A DNA stretch of 64,000 bases from a virus, in IMG/VR virus record IMGVR_UViG_3300042806_000370. One strand, given 5' to 3'. Under the pieces are notes generated by a model. That model saw nothing but the letters and a program-made list of their open reading frames with translations, did not search any database and was not told the DNA's origin. The position numbers were made by a program, and so were the translations under genes. Of the stretch, positions 17,934 through 28,901 are shown one piece after another; the stretch's first letter is position 1, and every line of letters starts with the position of its first letter.

Positions 17934-18936
17934 ACTTGAATTCCTCCTGAACCTTTTCATCAATTTGCTTTAGAATATCAGCGGTGAAATACTTCTCAGG
18001 TTCCTCGTTGATATGCTTTTCAAACACCTTAGTACCATCAGGAAGTTCAATCTTAGTAGAGTTCTTCTTGAAGATACCACAATCCAAGGCAAGGTCAACA
18101 AGACCGTAGTAACGATTCAGACCGCTATCGAAGTTCAGTTGAACCTGAACGATCTTGTTTTCCTTGGTTAGTCGGCTCTTGTAAAGTTTGCAAGTAATTA
18201 GATTACCTACAACTTCATCATCCTGCTTATCCTTCTTCTTGGATAGAGTTACGATAGTAGAAGCCGCATATTTTAGACCAGATCCACCACCAAGTTCCTT
18301 TGTCGGAACATAGGCTCCTACTACATCGTAGGTGTGATTCGTCATGAGCATGGGAATCTTTGCCTTACCCAACTTCAGGGTAAGAACACGGAAGGTTCCC
18401 TTGATAACCTGTGCGCGCGTCATGTCGCGGGTATTCTTGCCTTCAGCCACATCGTTCATTTCCTTCGCTGTGCTCAACATGCCCAGAGAGTCAAGGACAA
18501 TCATCATTGGCTTGCGCTCCGATTCGTCTGTTGCAAGAACCTTGTCAACGATGGTGAGGCACTGATGGCGAAACTCTTCAACTGTTTCGACGGGGAACAC
18601 GGCAACGCGCTTGGGATCTACACCGCGCTCAGTGAACATGTCACTGGTGACTGCCTGCTCAGTGTCGAAGTAAAGAACTACGCCTTCCGGGTTCGCTGCC
18701 AGAAATTGTGCCACGATACCAATGCTGAAGTAAGTCTTGCCAGTAGCAGATTCACCAGCGAGACAGGTAATCTTGTTATTAGGTAGACCATCGAATAGAC
18801 TACCAGATAGCAGAGCATTAAACACATAAGACCCAGTATCAATGTAGCCGCCAACATCAGATCCATCAAGTCCATCTTCGACTCTACTTGCGAATTTGTT
18901 TCCCGATGCATTAATCATTTCCTTTAAAAAATCCAT
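17926..18936 (-). CDS. uvsX: RecA-like recombinase
   Basis: [37 protein letters not shown]. Confidence 0.95.
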   Translation of the reverse strand: MDFLKEMINASGNKFASRVEDGLDGSDVGGYIDTGSYVFNALLSGSLFDGLPNNKITCLAGESATGKTYFSIGIVAQFLAANPEGVVLYFDTEQAVTSDMFTERGVDPKRVAVFPVETVEEFRHQCLTIVDKVLATDESERKPMMIVLDSLGMLSTAKEMNDVAEGKNTRDMTRAQVIKGTFRVLTLKLGKAKIPMLMTNHTYDVVGAYVPTKELGGGSGLKYAASTIVTLSKKKDKQDDEVVGNLITCKLYKSRLTKENKIVQVQLNFDSGLNRYYGLVDLALDCGIFKKNSTKIELPDGTKVFEKHINEEPEKYFTADILKQIDEKVQEEFKYG

Positions 18937-19553
18937 TACTTATTCTCCTTGATATCATAATAGTAGTTGTCATCATGTCCGTCAATGATCCAGCGATCAC
19001 TTTCTCCTTCACATCTCCAAGATTTATTATCAACCTTGAAGTCTGGATTCGTTGGGAAAGGTTTAGTAACAAAAGACATGTTCTTCCAATAGACTCTATT
19101 GTTTGGTTGTAGAGTATAATTGCCATTATCTAAAGCAATCATATGAAGACACTTATATTGGCTTGGTTCGTCAGAATATGAATTTCTGTACCAGTCAAAT
19201 GTCATTACATACTCACCCCAATGTTCTGATTTGTCCTTTAGAATTACCTTTGCTCTTGTATCAAACAAAGCATCGTATTCAACAACAGAAACATTTTCAT
19301 GGAAACAATCCCATAGCTGCAAATGATCTAGCGGCATTAGTGGAGCATCTTCTTTCCAACAAAGCATATGAATTGGAACTCTGCTTCTTACTAGACCATA
19401 ATCAGTCATGACATGGAATGTCATTGCGCTACCAGAACACGATTGAGCACCAAATACCATGACCTTATCGAATTCTCCGATATGATCCTTATGCTGGTAC
19501 ATGTGTTCTCTTCTAAGGAAACAATAAAATTGATTGATGTTTACATTATGCAA
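18936..19553 (-). CDS. Conserved phage hypothetical protein
   Basis: [31 protein letters not shown]; TTG start after GGAG, overlapping the gp43 stop. Confidence 0.7.
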   Translation of the reverse strand: MHNVNINQFYCFLRREHMYQHKDHIGEFDKVMVFGAQSCSGSAMTFHVMTDYGLVRSRVPIHMLCWKEDAPLMPLDHLQLWDCFHENVSVVEYDALFDTRAKVILKDKSEHWGEYVMTFDWYRNSYSDEPSQYKCLHMIALDNGNYTLQPNNRVYWKNMSFVTKPFPTNPDFKVDNKSWRCEGESDRWIIDGHDDNYYYDIKENK

Positions 19554-22083
19554 ATAAGGACTCCAATGTATTTCGTCGTTCTGTCTGCCACCCAATGGCT
19601 TCTACGATAGCCTTGAGCGGGTCCAGGAATGCTTTCTCAAACTGAGTATCATAATCAATATAGGCGTTTAAGTCAAACTCTTTTGGTAGAGAATTCATGA
19701 AAGAAATAACACAATCCTTGCCAGTTATACCACCAACAGGGTTTGGAGATTTGAGATACAAGAACTTGATCTTGTCTGCATCCCGAATCAATTGATATTT
19801 CTTTTCAAGCTTGGCCTTCTTGACATAATGATTGAAGAGAAGAGCACCCTTGACCGCGATTGGAGTACCCTTCTTGTAAATGGTTACTTGGTCCGTATAA
19901 TCTTTTACGCCATTCACAGACCGAGGGAAGGCAATATCTTCTGGCTCAAACTTTTGGAATTTGTTTCTGAAATCATCGATATGCTTGATTAGGGTATCGT
20001 TGTCTTTGGTAAGAATGATATCGATACACTTCTTCAGTTCTTCCCGAATGATTTGCGGAGTAGATGATCTGGTCGTTTCAATGCCCATGATCTTGGTCTT
20101 GGGCTTGGCATACCGAACACCTTCGGAATCATGGACCAGAAGCATGTAACGCTTCTTGGCTGTCCAGATTCCCTTGGAAGCAATAGACTCGCGCTTCATA
20201 AACATCTTGTTTGCGTAAGCGTTCATGTTTTCAGCAAGTTCATCATAACACTTCTTGATATAAGGTTCGATTATCTCCTTGCAGCACTTGTCGAGATAGC
20301 TTACAATCTCTTCGGTTGATTTGCCCTTGGCCAACTTCTCAACAAGAGGACCCATGTTGATATAAATGGAGTCTGTATCGCTGGCCACGACATAATCAAA
20401 CTCGCTCTTGAGCATCTTGTTTAGGAATTCGTTGATCTTGTTTTCAATCCAACGAATTGAAAGTTGGCCAGACAGCGTAATGGCCTCTGCGATTGATTCA
20501 TCGTAATAGCGGAAGTATTCGTTTCCAATTGCACCGTAAGCTGAGTTTAGCTGAATCTTACGGGCCATCTGGAAGTTGTTGTACTTGGCAACCAGGAACT
20601 CCAACTCAGTTCTCTCTTCGTCAGTTATGTTCTTGCTTTCCAGTTTCTTCTGGCACTCAATCATCTTCTTCTTATACTGGCTGCGTTCGGCATACATCTT
20701 CTCCATGAGCCGAGGAAGGAATCCCTGAATGTCCTTACGCAGACCAACTCCATTAGCAGCAACGCAAATACCCTTCTTCTTGGCTTCGTTGGTGTAGGTC
20801 TGTGCCTCTGGTGTGTTATTGAGAACACGAATAGGAGTCAGACCACCACGGAAGAAATATGAATCACTGCAAATAGTCTCTGGAGAGAGATTGTATTGCA
20901 TGATGAGGTGCGGATAAAGGCTGTTCAAGTCGAACGAAACGATCCAGTCATTCATGCCAAGAATAGGTTCCTTGACATATGCGCCTTCGTACTGTTGCTC
21001 CTTGACCGCAGACTTTTTCTTTGGAATTACAATTTTGTCTTTGAGAAGTTCGTTGTAGATAATGGTATCCCATGTACGAACCTGGCTGAAGACATCTTCA
21101 TAGTTCACCTTGGCTGAGTAGGCCACGGCTAGAACCAGTTCGATCAGCTTCATTTTCTGTTCAAGCTTATAGACTAGTTCAACATCGTGGTAATTATAGT
21201 GAACAAACTTGTTGAAGTCATTCTTGTAGAACTCCTTCAAGTTGTCGTATTCGTCATAAGAGAGTTTACGCTCTCCTAGTTCCACTGAGGCAATATAATC
21301 AAGTCGATATGATTCTTGCTTTGTGTAGGTGAACTTGTTGTATAGCTCGTAATAGTCAAGCGTGGAGACACCTACGATGTCATAGCACTTCTGGGGTCCA
21401 CGGGTTGCAGACTGAATAACCTTCTCAAATACACGATTGAACGGAGACAATCGGGCGGAATCTTCTTCTCCCATCAAATAATTGATTCTATTATAAAGGT
21501 ATGGGATATCGAAGAAGCGAACATTCCAGCCCGTGATAATGTCTGGGGCATGTGATTCCCAGAAGATCAGGAAGTCTTCCAGGAGTTTTCTTTCATCGTC
21601 GTACTGCTGACATTTTACATTTGGAATGTCGATATTGAATTCCCCCAGCCCAAAGACATAGGACTTTGCTCCAAGCCGAACCGTGATCGCAATGATCTTT
21701 TCGGTTGGGTTTGAAATCTGGGGAAAGCCGTCTTCGCATGTCGTTTCAATATCGATGAAAGCTGTAACAATCTCTCGTTCATTGTAGGAGATTTCTTCTG
21801 GAAATTCCTTGCTGATGAGCTGGTAGATGAAGTCTGTCTGGCCATAGACTTCAAAGCCAGAGATGCCATCATACTTCTCAATGAACTCACGACACTCATA
21901 CATGTTGCCAGGACTGACTGGTTGTAGAGGCTGGCCATAGAGAGTCTTCCATTCTGAAGACTTATTGCTGGATACAAAGAGAACAGGTTCAAAGGGAACT
22001 TCCCTCTGAACCCGAATCCCATTTTCCACCCCTCTATAGAGGATCTTGCTGCCGCGAGTTTCTACGCAAGTATAAAAAGACAT
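19546..22083 (-). CDS. gp43: Family B DNA polymerase
   Basis: DIETTC exonuclease I motif; SFDLNSLYP; KIQLNSAYG; SDTDS. Confidence 0.97.
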   Translation of the reverse strand: MSFYTCVETRGSKILYRGVENGIRVQREVPFEPVLFVSSNKSSEWKTLYGQPLQPVSPGNMYECREFIEKYDGISGFEVYGQTDFIYQLISKEFPEEISYNEREIVTAFIDIETTCEDGFPQISNPTEKIIAITVRLGAKSYVFGLGEFNIDIPNVKCQQYDDERKLLEDFLIFWESHAPDIITGWNVRFFDIPYLYNRINYLMGEEDSARLSPFNRVFEKVIQSATRGPQKCYDIVGVSTLDYYELYNKFTYTKQESYRLDYIASVELGERKLSYDEYDNLKEFYKNDFNKFVHYNYHDVELVYKLEQKMKLIELVLAVAYSAKVNYEDVFSQVRTWDTIIYNELLKDKIVIPKKKSAVKEQQYEGAYVKEPILGMNDWIVSFDLNSLYPHLIMQYNLSPETICSDSYFFRGGLTPIRVLNNTPEAQTYTNEAKKKGICVAANGVGLRKDIQGFLPRLMEKMYAERSQYKKKMIECQKKLESKNITDEERTELEFLVAKYNNFQMARKIQLNSAYGAIGNEYFRYYDESIAEAITLSGQLSIRWIENKINEFLNKMLKSEFDYVVASDTDSIYINMGPLVEKLAKGKSTEEIVSYLDKCCKEIIEPYIKKCYDELAENMNAYANKMFMKRESIASKGIWTAKKRYMLLVHDSEGVRYAKPKTKIMGIETTRSSTPQIIREELKKCIDIILTKDNDTLIKHIDDFRNKFQKFEPEDIAFPRSVNGVKDYTDQVTIYKKGTPIAVKGALLFNHYVKKAKLEKKYQLIRDADKIKFLYLKSPNPVGGITGKDCVISFMNSLPKEFDLNAYIDYDTQFEKAFLDPLKAIVEAIGWQTERRNTLESLFA

Positions 22084-22089
22084 GCGGCG

Positions 22090-22117
22090 ATTATAGCGAG
22101 ATTACTGCTTCTTGCAA
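22090..22117 (-). promoter_or_regulatory. sigma70-type promoter, leaderless gp43 transcript
   Basis: TTGCAA-N16-TATAAT-N6-ATG. Confidence 0.75.
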
Positions 22118-22434
22118 GTTTCTTCCTTCGACTTTATATAAGCCGAGAATAGAACGCAATAATTCATGATATCTAGAATTGCGTCCCGATAACCTTCATT
22201 ATCAACAACAAGCTTTCCAGCATTTGCAAATGTGCTTAGACGGGAAACCTTATCTGTGATCCGCACCAAAAATCCCTGCTCTGTATTGCAGATTCCCATT
22301 GCTTCACATCTTTCAAAATTTGCAAATGGCTGTTCTCCACTGTTACCAGCATAATCATGATTTTTCTTCTTCATGATATCAAGAGCAATCTTTGAAAGCT
22401 CTTCATGATGTTTAAATAGTTCTTCTCTGTTCAT
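22102..22434 (-). CDS. Nmad1/DUF1599-like nucleotide-modification-associated protein
   Basis: KKNHDYAG..FANF...LVRITDKVSRL...DAILDIMNY. Confidence 0.75.
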   Translation of the reverse strand: MNREELFKHHEELSKIALDIMKKKNHDYAGNSGEQPFANFERCEAMGICNTEQGFLVRITDKVSRLSTFANAGKLVVDNEGYRDAILDIMNYCVLFSAYIKSKEETCKKQ

Positions 22435-22937
22435 ACTCCAGTACTCCCGAAGCCACCGTTTCTATCTGTTTTCTGTTGTGGTCTTTCTGTTAGATGGAGG
22501 TAAAGAAAGTGTTCCTTTCTTACTAGTTCCATCTGCGCGATTCTTTCTCCGTGAGAAATTTCGTAAGAAATATCACTGGTATTCACTACTGGAATCATTA
22601 GCTCTTCCACATAATCAGAATCAATGATTCCTTCACAGTTGGCTAGAATCAATCCCTTCTTGATTGAAAGACCAGATCGTGGGTGCATTCTCAAAGAATA
22701 GTGTTCGGGAATGTCAAGGATAAGTCCTGTTGGAACGAGAATTCTTTCTCTTGGTCCGATACGAATACCCACGGTATTTTCGTCTGTGGTAGTTGTACTC
22801 TTACTATTGTATCTGTCGTAGGTTACGATTGTACTATTCTTAAGATAAGCATAAACATCAACACAGGCCGAGTTTTCGGTCTGTAGTGATGGATCTTGTG
22901 CTGTTGGATGTAGTTTATAAATTCCTATTGATTGCAT
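22431..22937 (-). CDS. dut: Trimeric dUTPase
   Basis: PRSGL, GIIDSDY, GERIAQ, RNGGFGSTG; start set at leaderless ATG 22937. Confidence 0.92.
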   Translation of the reverse strand: MQSIGIYKLHPTAQDPSLQTENSACVDVYAYLKNSTIVTYDRYNSKSTTTTDENTVGIRIGPRERILVPTGLILDIPEHYSLRMHPRSGLSIKKGLILANCEGIIDSDYVEELMIPVVNTSDISYEISHGERIAQMELVRKEHFLYLHLTERPQQKTDRNGGFGSTGV

Positions 22938-22943
22938 AATCAG

Positions 22944-22971
22944 ATAATACACTAAAAACTAGGAATGTCAA
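22944..22971 (-). promoter_or_regulatory. sigma70-type promoter, leaderless dut transcript
   Basis: TTGACA-N16-TATTAT-N6-ATG. Confidence 0.75.
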
Positions 22972-23522
22972 GTCCATATTGACTGCCAAATACCCAACCA
23001 ATTACAAATATTACCGTATTTTTGTTGAATCAATTGAGCGTATTCCTGTTCGTTTAATGGATTTTCCCCTGTCCATGTATCAAACCAAGCGCAATCCCAT
23101 GTACCATTTGGTTGCCATGTTTCAACATCATCTACTACTAAATTAAATCTATTATCCTTTGGACAATGATCCCAAACCAAGTCAATAACATCTTGATTTT
23201 TTTCAATTATAGTAACTGATGTTATGTTTGGATCTTGTATCAATTTATGATTTACTAGACCAAGACCAAGACCACCGATTAAAACATCTCCAGTCATATT
23301 ATCCCACAGCGGTTGATGTTCTGCATATTCACTATAAGTATCCGACATTACAAATTTTATATCATCATGAAATAAGAAAGTGTAATCGTCGTGCGGTTCT
23401 GTCTTGCCACCACAGGAAGATCCAAAAACATCAGTGTATATGGTATTAGAATCGCCAGTAGCTTTTCTTATAGACCATTTGCCAGAAGTTCCAATTGGAA
23501 TATTCACTTTTATTCTTGTCAT
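22968..23522 (-). CDS. Class I SAM-dependent methyltransferase-like protein (spermidine-synthase-like fold)
   Basis: VLIGGLGLG, VTIIEKN, WFDTW. Confidence 0.75.
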   Translation of the reverse strand: MTRIKVNIPIGTSGKWSIRKATGDSNTIYTDVFGSSCGGKTEPHDDYTFLFHDDIKFVMSDTYSEYAEHQPLWDNMTGDVLIGGLGLGLVNHKLIQDPNITSVTIIEKNQDVIDLVWDHCPKDNRFNLVVDDVETWQPNGTWDCAWFDTWTGENPLNEQEYAQLIQQKYGNICNWLGIWQSIWT

Positions 23523-24274
23523 CCGTATGCCTTTATTCTTACTTGTCCTGCACCGCCAGCACCGCCGTTTGCGCTAATAACCGAGGAGTTGAATCCACCG
23601 CCACCACCGTTTCCGGGTTGAGATCCTGTTCCGCCTACTGTACTTCCTGATGTTCCTCCTGCGGCAACAGTTGTATTTCCAAAAACAGAAGATCCACCAT
23701 TAAGTGCTCCGTTACCACCATTGCTTGTTGATGTTCCCGGAGCACCACCATTAGATCCAGTTCCTCCGTTTGTATTTACATCTCCATTGGATGCAACTCC
23801 AGCAGAACCACCCGAAGCAGTAGTGTTGTATGTTGATTCTGTTTCACCGCCACCACCACCACCAGCAGTTGGTACTGTAGTAAACAAAATTGTATTGCCG
23901 CTTCTAGTGTGAGAATTCAAAGTAGTTGATGTGCCGCTTCCTCCAGAATTTGTTCCGCTTCCTGCACTTCCGGCAGTACCTACAGTAAAATTCAAAGTAT
24001 CATTAGCTTGCAAACCACCTTGCAAACTGCCTCTATAAGTGTATTTTACATACGCACCGCCACCACCACCGCCACCGCCATGATATCTTGTATTTCTTCC
24101 AGAAGTTAATGTTCTCCCTGCTCCACCGCCACCACCGCCACCAACTATTTCAATTTCAAGATAGATTGTTCCGGCAGGAACTGTATAGTTTTGTGATCCC
24201 GTGGATGTTATATCGGTTGTTGATATTAGGCGAGGAGTACGAATATACCCCGCCTTGAATGATGGAATTATCAT
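23519..24274 (-). CDS. Glycine-rich fibre-associated protein, putative adhesin
   Basis: YTVPAGT..LEIEIVGGGGGGG, further poly-Gly blocks, GGAGGAGQVRIKAY terminus. Confidence 0.75.
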   Translation of the reverse strand: MIIPSFKAGYIRTPRLISTTDITSTGSQNYTVPAGTIYLEIEIVGGGGGGGAGRTLTSGRNTRYHGGGGGGGGAYVKYTYRGSLQGGLQANDTLNFTVGTAGSAGSGTNSGGSGTSTTLNSHTRSGNTILFTTVPTAGGGGGGETESTYNTTASGGSAGVASNGDVNTNGGTGSNGGAPGTSTSNGGNGALNGGSSVFGNTTVAAGGTSGSTVGGTGSQPGNGGGGGFNSSVISANGGAGGAGQVRIKAYG

Positions 24275-27000
24275 GTGGATAGTGTTCCGGCAATGTTGTA
24301 AATATTGCTAGAATAAGATATAATCGTTGCAGCACCATGCTGACCAGCAAGTTTTAATAATCCACCATAACTGTTTAATGTCACGCCAGCGGCAGCAGTA
24401 AATCCAACTTGTCCAGCACCTAATTGAATTGCTGTACAATTAAATCCAACAGGAAGTCCAGTTGGAATTGTAACAGTAACGGCAGACGCATTATTGAATG
24501 TTAGAATTTCCCCGTTATCAGTGCTTAATATAGAATATGTTGTTCCTGTTTGTGTGTTAATTGCACTTGAGGAAATTCTATATCCTGTATCAGAAGAGAC
24601 TGTTCCTGCAAATGTTGCACCAGAAGAAGCACTCAATCCACCAGGAAGATTCAATGTTCCATAAATTGTCGCTGATACTTGTGCTGTAGCACCAATGACT
24701 GCTGTGTTTGATCCAAGACCTAAAGCATTTGTTCCTATTACAATTTCGTTTGTTTGTCCGTTGGCAGATGCCCTTGACCACTGGCCAATATAAATTCCGC
24801 CTGTCCCCGTTGTTCTGTTAGAAACAACATTTGGTTCTTCGTTATCTAAATCGTTTGGAAAAAGAATATCTAAATCGCCACGATATGCTCCTGCTGCATG
24901 ACCAATGGCAACATTTGCTACACCAGAACTATTCTTTTCCAAAGCCAGATAACCAATTGCTACATTTCTAAATCCAGTAGTAGTGTTTTGTAGAGAAGAT
25001 GATCCTATTGCAGTATTCTGCTCGCTTGCTGTAGACGATGAAAGAGCAAGAGAACCTATAGCAACATTAACGGAGCCATTTTCATTTTCATCTAGTGCGT
25101 TTGCTCCTATAGCAACATTATTGATTCCTCCTTGAATATCTCTCGCTGCATGATATCCTATTGCAACATTATTGATTGCACCAGTAGAATCGCGCATTGC
25201 CTCTCTACCTATAGCAACATTGAATGTTCCTGACGGACATGCAGTTGCGCCGATTACTACACTATTCTGATCTCCAGCTGCACCTATTCCGACACGAATT
25301 CCGTTGATTGTTATATCACTTGCAAATGTAACTCCACCAGATCCAGAAATTCCCTGTGTGAATTGTTGCAATCCACTAAATGACTGAGCGATGTTGGTAA
25401 AGGCAACATTTGTAATAGCACCAGTAAATCCATTGATGGATGATACACCCTGAATAGCACCAGTATTTCCGTTAAAAGAAAGAACACCTGTATTAGTAAT
25501 AGTTACGGAACCAGTCGCACCTGATACAGAAATACCTGTTCCAGCAGCAGCGGCAGATACTCCTTGAACCGCACCCGTCAGACCATTAAAAGAATAAACT
25601 AAAGGTAATTGAGAAACTGATTTGTTTTCCCAACCAGTAAGTCCGTCAACATAAGTCAACACTTGGTAGTCAATTAGAGGAGATGATATAATAACATCCG
25701 TGAGGTCATCCAGAGTTATGGATACTGAACCACCACCGCTTGATGTACTTCTAAAGCTTCCAGACTGAATAATCAATGCATCTGTTGTGTTTGTTAAATC
25801 AGTTGCACCAGACTTGACTATCAAATAACCAGCAAAAATTGCATTTGTTCTTGTATTCTCAATTTCTGAGAAATTTTCTAAGTCTATATTTGCAGCAGCA
25901 ACAGCAATACTAGTATATTCTGCTCTACCATAATAAACACCAAGAAGCGTTGGTGTATTTGGGTAATAGAACAATCTTTGAATGGTATATTTACCACCAG
26001 GAACTGTTGCTAATGTTCCGCTTCCATCATCATATTTTGTCGGATCTATCTCTGTCTGATTTGGAACTGTTATAAAGCTTCCAGCAGTGATACCGCGATA
26101 ATATCTAAAGAATGTACAATCGGTTTGAGCAGGATCTGAAACTACGCTAGGGTCATCAGTATTATTGATCCAGTTTCTACCAAGGCTGAATGCCTTACCA
26201 GAGGTTCTATTGAGTTTTAGATTTGCTCCGTTTGGGGAAATGCTATGGCCAGAAACTTTAATGGGACCGAAAGATCTAATGAACTGTTCATACTGCTTAT
26301 CGGTAGCATAAGCAACATTTGGGTTTGTTCTTGCAAGATTGATGTAAGTTCTTGAAGGATGGACTAACTGGCCTATGATTATAGTAGTTTCTAACTGTTC
26401 ATCGGTATAATATTCGGTTCTTTGCTGTACATTGCCAGACGAGTCAATATAGAGCCAAGTTGTATCTGAAGTTGCAAGATTTGTTACAGTTACTCCGGTC
26501 TGAGATGGCCATGTAACATAATTGAATATGGGCTGTGGATCTGCCGTGTATGTAGATCCTGATGCATGAATTTGGCCTCTTCCAGAAGTTATATCAAATT
26601 GAGCAGTGTTTCCTGCATTTATGGAAATAATTCCACCGTGCAACAGTCCAGTTGCAAGACTTGATGCGTATATGTTTGCGCTAATACCATAAACAGTAGG
26701 AGAGCTAAAAGCAAGCGTATTACCTACAATGCTTATTGACATATCTTGTCCAGCAGATATGCCAACAGCACCGCTTAGTCCGTTAATAGTTGTAACAGCA
26801 CTGGTAATTCCTCCACCAGTACTAGAAGCTGAAATTACTAGAGGCCCAGTCCCATTATAATTTGCAAAACTAATATTTGAACCAGCAGAAATACCATAAA
26901 TGCTCTTATTGACCCACCCATCACCATTATAAATGTAATGAATGCCACCGAAATCATAGGTATTACCGACTGAAGGATTGTTTGGGAAACTAATTGGCAT
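24271..27000 (-). CDS. Tail fibre protein
   Basis: MPISFPNNPSVG..Y.Y.GDGW head; VxSxNGxTGA repeats; about seven NxAIG repeats; QTGTTY...TVTIP..LPVGF C-terminal domain. Confidence 0.85.
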   Translation of the reverse strand: MPISFPNNPSVGNTYDFGGIHYIYNGDGWVNKSIYGISAGSNISFANYNGTGPLVISASSTGGGITSAVTTINGLSGAVGISAGQDMSISIVGNTLAFSSPTVYGISANIYASSLATGLLHGGIISINAGNTAQFDITSGRGQIHASGSTYTADPQPIFNYVTWPSQTGVTVTNLATSDTTWLYIDSSGNVQQRTEYYTDEQLETTIIIGQLVHPSRTYINLARTNPNVAYATDKQYEQFIRSFGPIKVSGHSISPNGANLKLNRTSGKAFSLGRNWINNTDDPSVVSDPAQTDCTFFRYYRGITAGSFITVPNQTEIDPTKYDDGSGTLATVPGGKYTIQRLFYYPNTPTLLGVYYGRAEYTSIAVAAANIDLENFSEIENTRTNAIFAGYLIVKSGATDLTNTTDALIIQSGSFRSTSSGGGSVSITLDDLTDVIISSPLIDYQVLTYVDGLTGWENKSVSQLPLVYSFNGLTGAVQGVSAAAAGTGISVSGATGSVTITNTGVLSFNGNTGAIQGVSSINGFTGAITNVAFTNIAQSFSGLQQFTQGISGSGGVTFASDITINGIRVGIGAAGDQNSVVIGATACPSGTFNVAIGREAMRDSTGAINNVAIGYHAARDIQGGINNVAIGANALDENENGSVNVAIGSLALSSSTASEQNTAIGSSSLQNTTTGFRNVAIGYLALEKNSSGVANVAIGHAAGAYRGDLDILFPNDLDNEEPNVVSNRTTGTGGIYIGQWSRASANGQTNEIVIGTNALGLGSNTAVIGATAQVSATIYGTLNLPGGLSASSGATFAGTVSSDTGYRISSSAINTQTGTTYSILSTDNGEILTFNNASAVTVTIPTGLPVGFNCTAIQLGAGQVGFTAAAGVTLNSYGGLLKLAGQHGAATIISYSSNIYNIAGTLST

Positions 27001-27008
27001 ATGTCATA

Positions 27009-27015
27009 TATTTAT
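27009..27015 (-). promoter_or_regulatory. Late promoter
   Basis: ATAAATA 8 nt before ATG 27000, no SD. Confidence 0.7.
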
Positions 27016-27020
27016 GGTTA

Positions 27021-28898
27021 TCAGCTGATCCAAACCTGAGATCCGCTTTTAGTTACTGACGTATAGATTATTCCATCATCCGTGTTGTACCATCTATCAC
27101 CTGGGTTTGAAGATGCTGGTGCGGTTAAACCCTCGGTGAAAATACAAGCATAATTTTGTATACTTCCGTCAGGAAATTGTAATCCACCATTCGTAAGCTC
27201 AAGAGAAATAGAACCATTTCCGCTTATGCTAGTAAAAGCATCAATATCTAAAGTTGAAGAATTGATATTTACAGTCGATAGAGCATCTTCAGTTGCTATT
27301 TGAAATATATCAGATTTTTTACCAGCAGTAAAACCATAAGCAAAAATCTTAAATGCGTTTGTTATTCCGTCAGAAATGCCAAAACGCAATTCTGGTGCTT
27401 GACCAAGCAATCCCCAATTAGCAAGAAGAACAGCAAGGTCTGCACCGTTCACAGTTCCGTCTAAATTTACATCCCCAAGCAACCCATTCGTTAATAGCGT
27501 TATCTTTACCCAGGCATCAGGGTTTGTTGCAGTAGTATAATAATAATATGCACCATTACCATCGCCACTATCAACCACCCACGCTAAATCACCATCTTCT
27601 GGATTCGGAGATGCCTGTAAAGCTGTTACATTAGGAAATGATCTTAGTAACTTATAGCCAGAATCAATAGACACTGTTATATTACCAGTTCCTCCAGAAG
27701 GAGAAACTGTTATTCCGTCAGTTCCAGCAATTGATAAAACACCAGTATTGGAATAAGTTATGGTATTATTCGAATATGTTACGCCTATTCCAGAGCCTGC
27801 TGACCATGTGACTCCACCAGTAAATCCATTTGCAGTCAATACCGCTTGTGAAACTGATCCTCCCCCACCAACAGCATCAACTCTTACATTAGAACCTATT
27901 CTGGTTACATTTAGATTGTCACCGAAATCTATTACACCTACACCAGTTCTAACTACTATACTTCCCTTACTTCTTACGCCTAAACCGCTACCGCCACTGG
28001 CAAAAAGAGGATCTGAGGCTAGTTTTGAAATTTTTTCGTCAAATAATTTTATATCGACAGAAATGCTTTTTTTCGCTTTATCATAAACTAAAGGATAAGA
28101 AGCAGATAAAAGGCCAGTGTCTCCTTGATCACCCTTATCGCCTTTAGGACCCTGCAATCCTTCGGGACCCTGTTCTCCTTGTATTCCTTGCGGCCCCTGT
28201 GGCCCTCTAGGACCTTGTGGACCCTCTGGACCAACATCCCCCTGTGGGCCTTGTGGTCCTGGTTCTCCAGCTAAACCATCATCCCCCTTAAGCCCCTGTG
28301 GGCCTTGTGGTCCTGGTTCTCCTGCATCTCCTTTATCGCCCTTGTCCCCTTTAGGTCCCTTTGGTCCTTTGGGGCCAATAGAACCAGGTTCTCCCTTATC
28401 TCCTTGCAATCCACGGGGACCCATTGGCCCAGCTGGACCTATTGGGCCAGCAGGACCCATTGGGCCTGGTTCGCCGTCCTTACCGTCCTTGCCATCGGAT
28501 CCTGGAAGGCCATCTGATCCTGGATCCCCTCTTATTCCCTGCAACCCCCTTGGACCAGCTGGACCCTGCATTCCAGGAGATCCAACACTAGGTGCAGCTT
28601 CTATTACAGTTTCTGGTTCCTCAAAAATATTGAGAGGAGCAGACTTTGATGGTATAATAGTAAATTTTTGTTGTATCTTTGGGAGTGGTTGAAAATTTTC
28701 TGTAATCAAACTGTCATTGCTTTTGATAAGCAATATTTCTCCAGTTTCATCTTTTAGAAAATAATTCTTAGTTCCGCCTAATTTATATTCTTTTCCATAC
28801 CACTGAGTAGGAACACATTCAAATACAGAACCTTTTTTTAGATCCTGTATGTCATTTTTTAATATTATCTTTGTTCCAGGCGTAAAACTATTTTTCAT
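27021..28898 (-). CDS. Collagen-like fibre protein with dockerin-type motif
   Basis: 52 uninterrupted Gly-X-Y triplets; [22 protein letters not shown]; C-terminal [14 protein letters not shown]. Confidence 0.85.
   Translation of the reverse strand: MKNSFTPGTKIILKNDIQDLKKGSVFECVPTQWYGKEYKLGGTKNYFLKDETGEILLIKSNDSLITENFQPLPKIQQKFTIIPSKSAPLNIFEEPETVIEAAPSVGSPGMQGPAGPRGLQGIRGDPGSDGLPGSDGKDGKDGEPGPMGPAGPIGPAGPMGPRGLQGDKGEPGSIGPKGPKGPKGDKGDKGDAGEPGPQGPQGLKGDDGLAGEPGPQGPQGDVGPEGPQGPRGPQGPQGIQGEQGPEGLQGPKGDKGDQGDTGLLSASYPLVYDKAKKSISVDIKLFDEKISKLASDPLFASGGSGLGVRSKGSIVVRTGVGVIDFGDNLNVTRIGSNVRVDAVGGGGSVSQAVLTANGFTGGVTWSAGSGIGVTYSNNTITYSNTGVLSIAGTDGITVSPSGGTGNITVSIDSGYKLLRSFPNVTALQASPNPEDGDLAWVVDSGDGNGAYYYYTTATNPDAWVKITLLTNGLLGDVNLDGTVNGADLAVLLANWGLLGQAPELRFGISDGITNAFKIFAYGFTAGKKSDIFQIATEDALSTVNINSSTLDIDAFTSISGNGSISLELTNGGLQFPDGSIQNYACIFTEGLTAPASSNPGDRWYNTDDGIIYTSVTKSGSQVWIS
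28113..28583 (-). repeat. Collagen Gly-X-Y coding repeat
   Basis: GSP GMQ GPA ... GDQ GDT G, counted from the translation. Confidence 0.95.
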
Positions 28899-28901
28899 TT
28901 A

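Noticed and set aside
11219-23449. Many 60-150 aa plus-strand ORFs opposite nrdJ, gp41, uvsX, gp43 and dut
   Set aside because: Antisense or alternate-frame shadows of well-supported genes, with no motifs or RBS
28305-28692. Plus-strand GPxGP ORFs
   Set aside because: Antisense shadow of the collagen repeat
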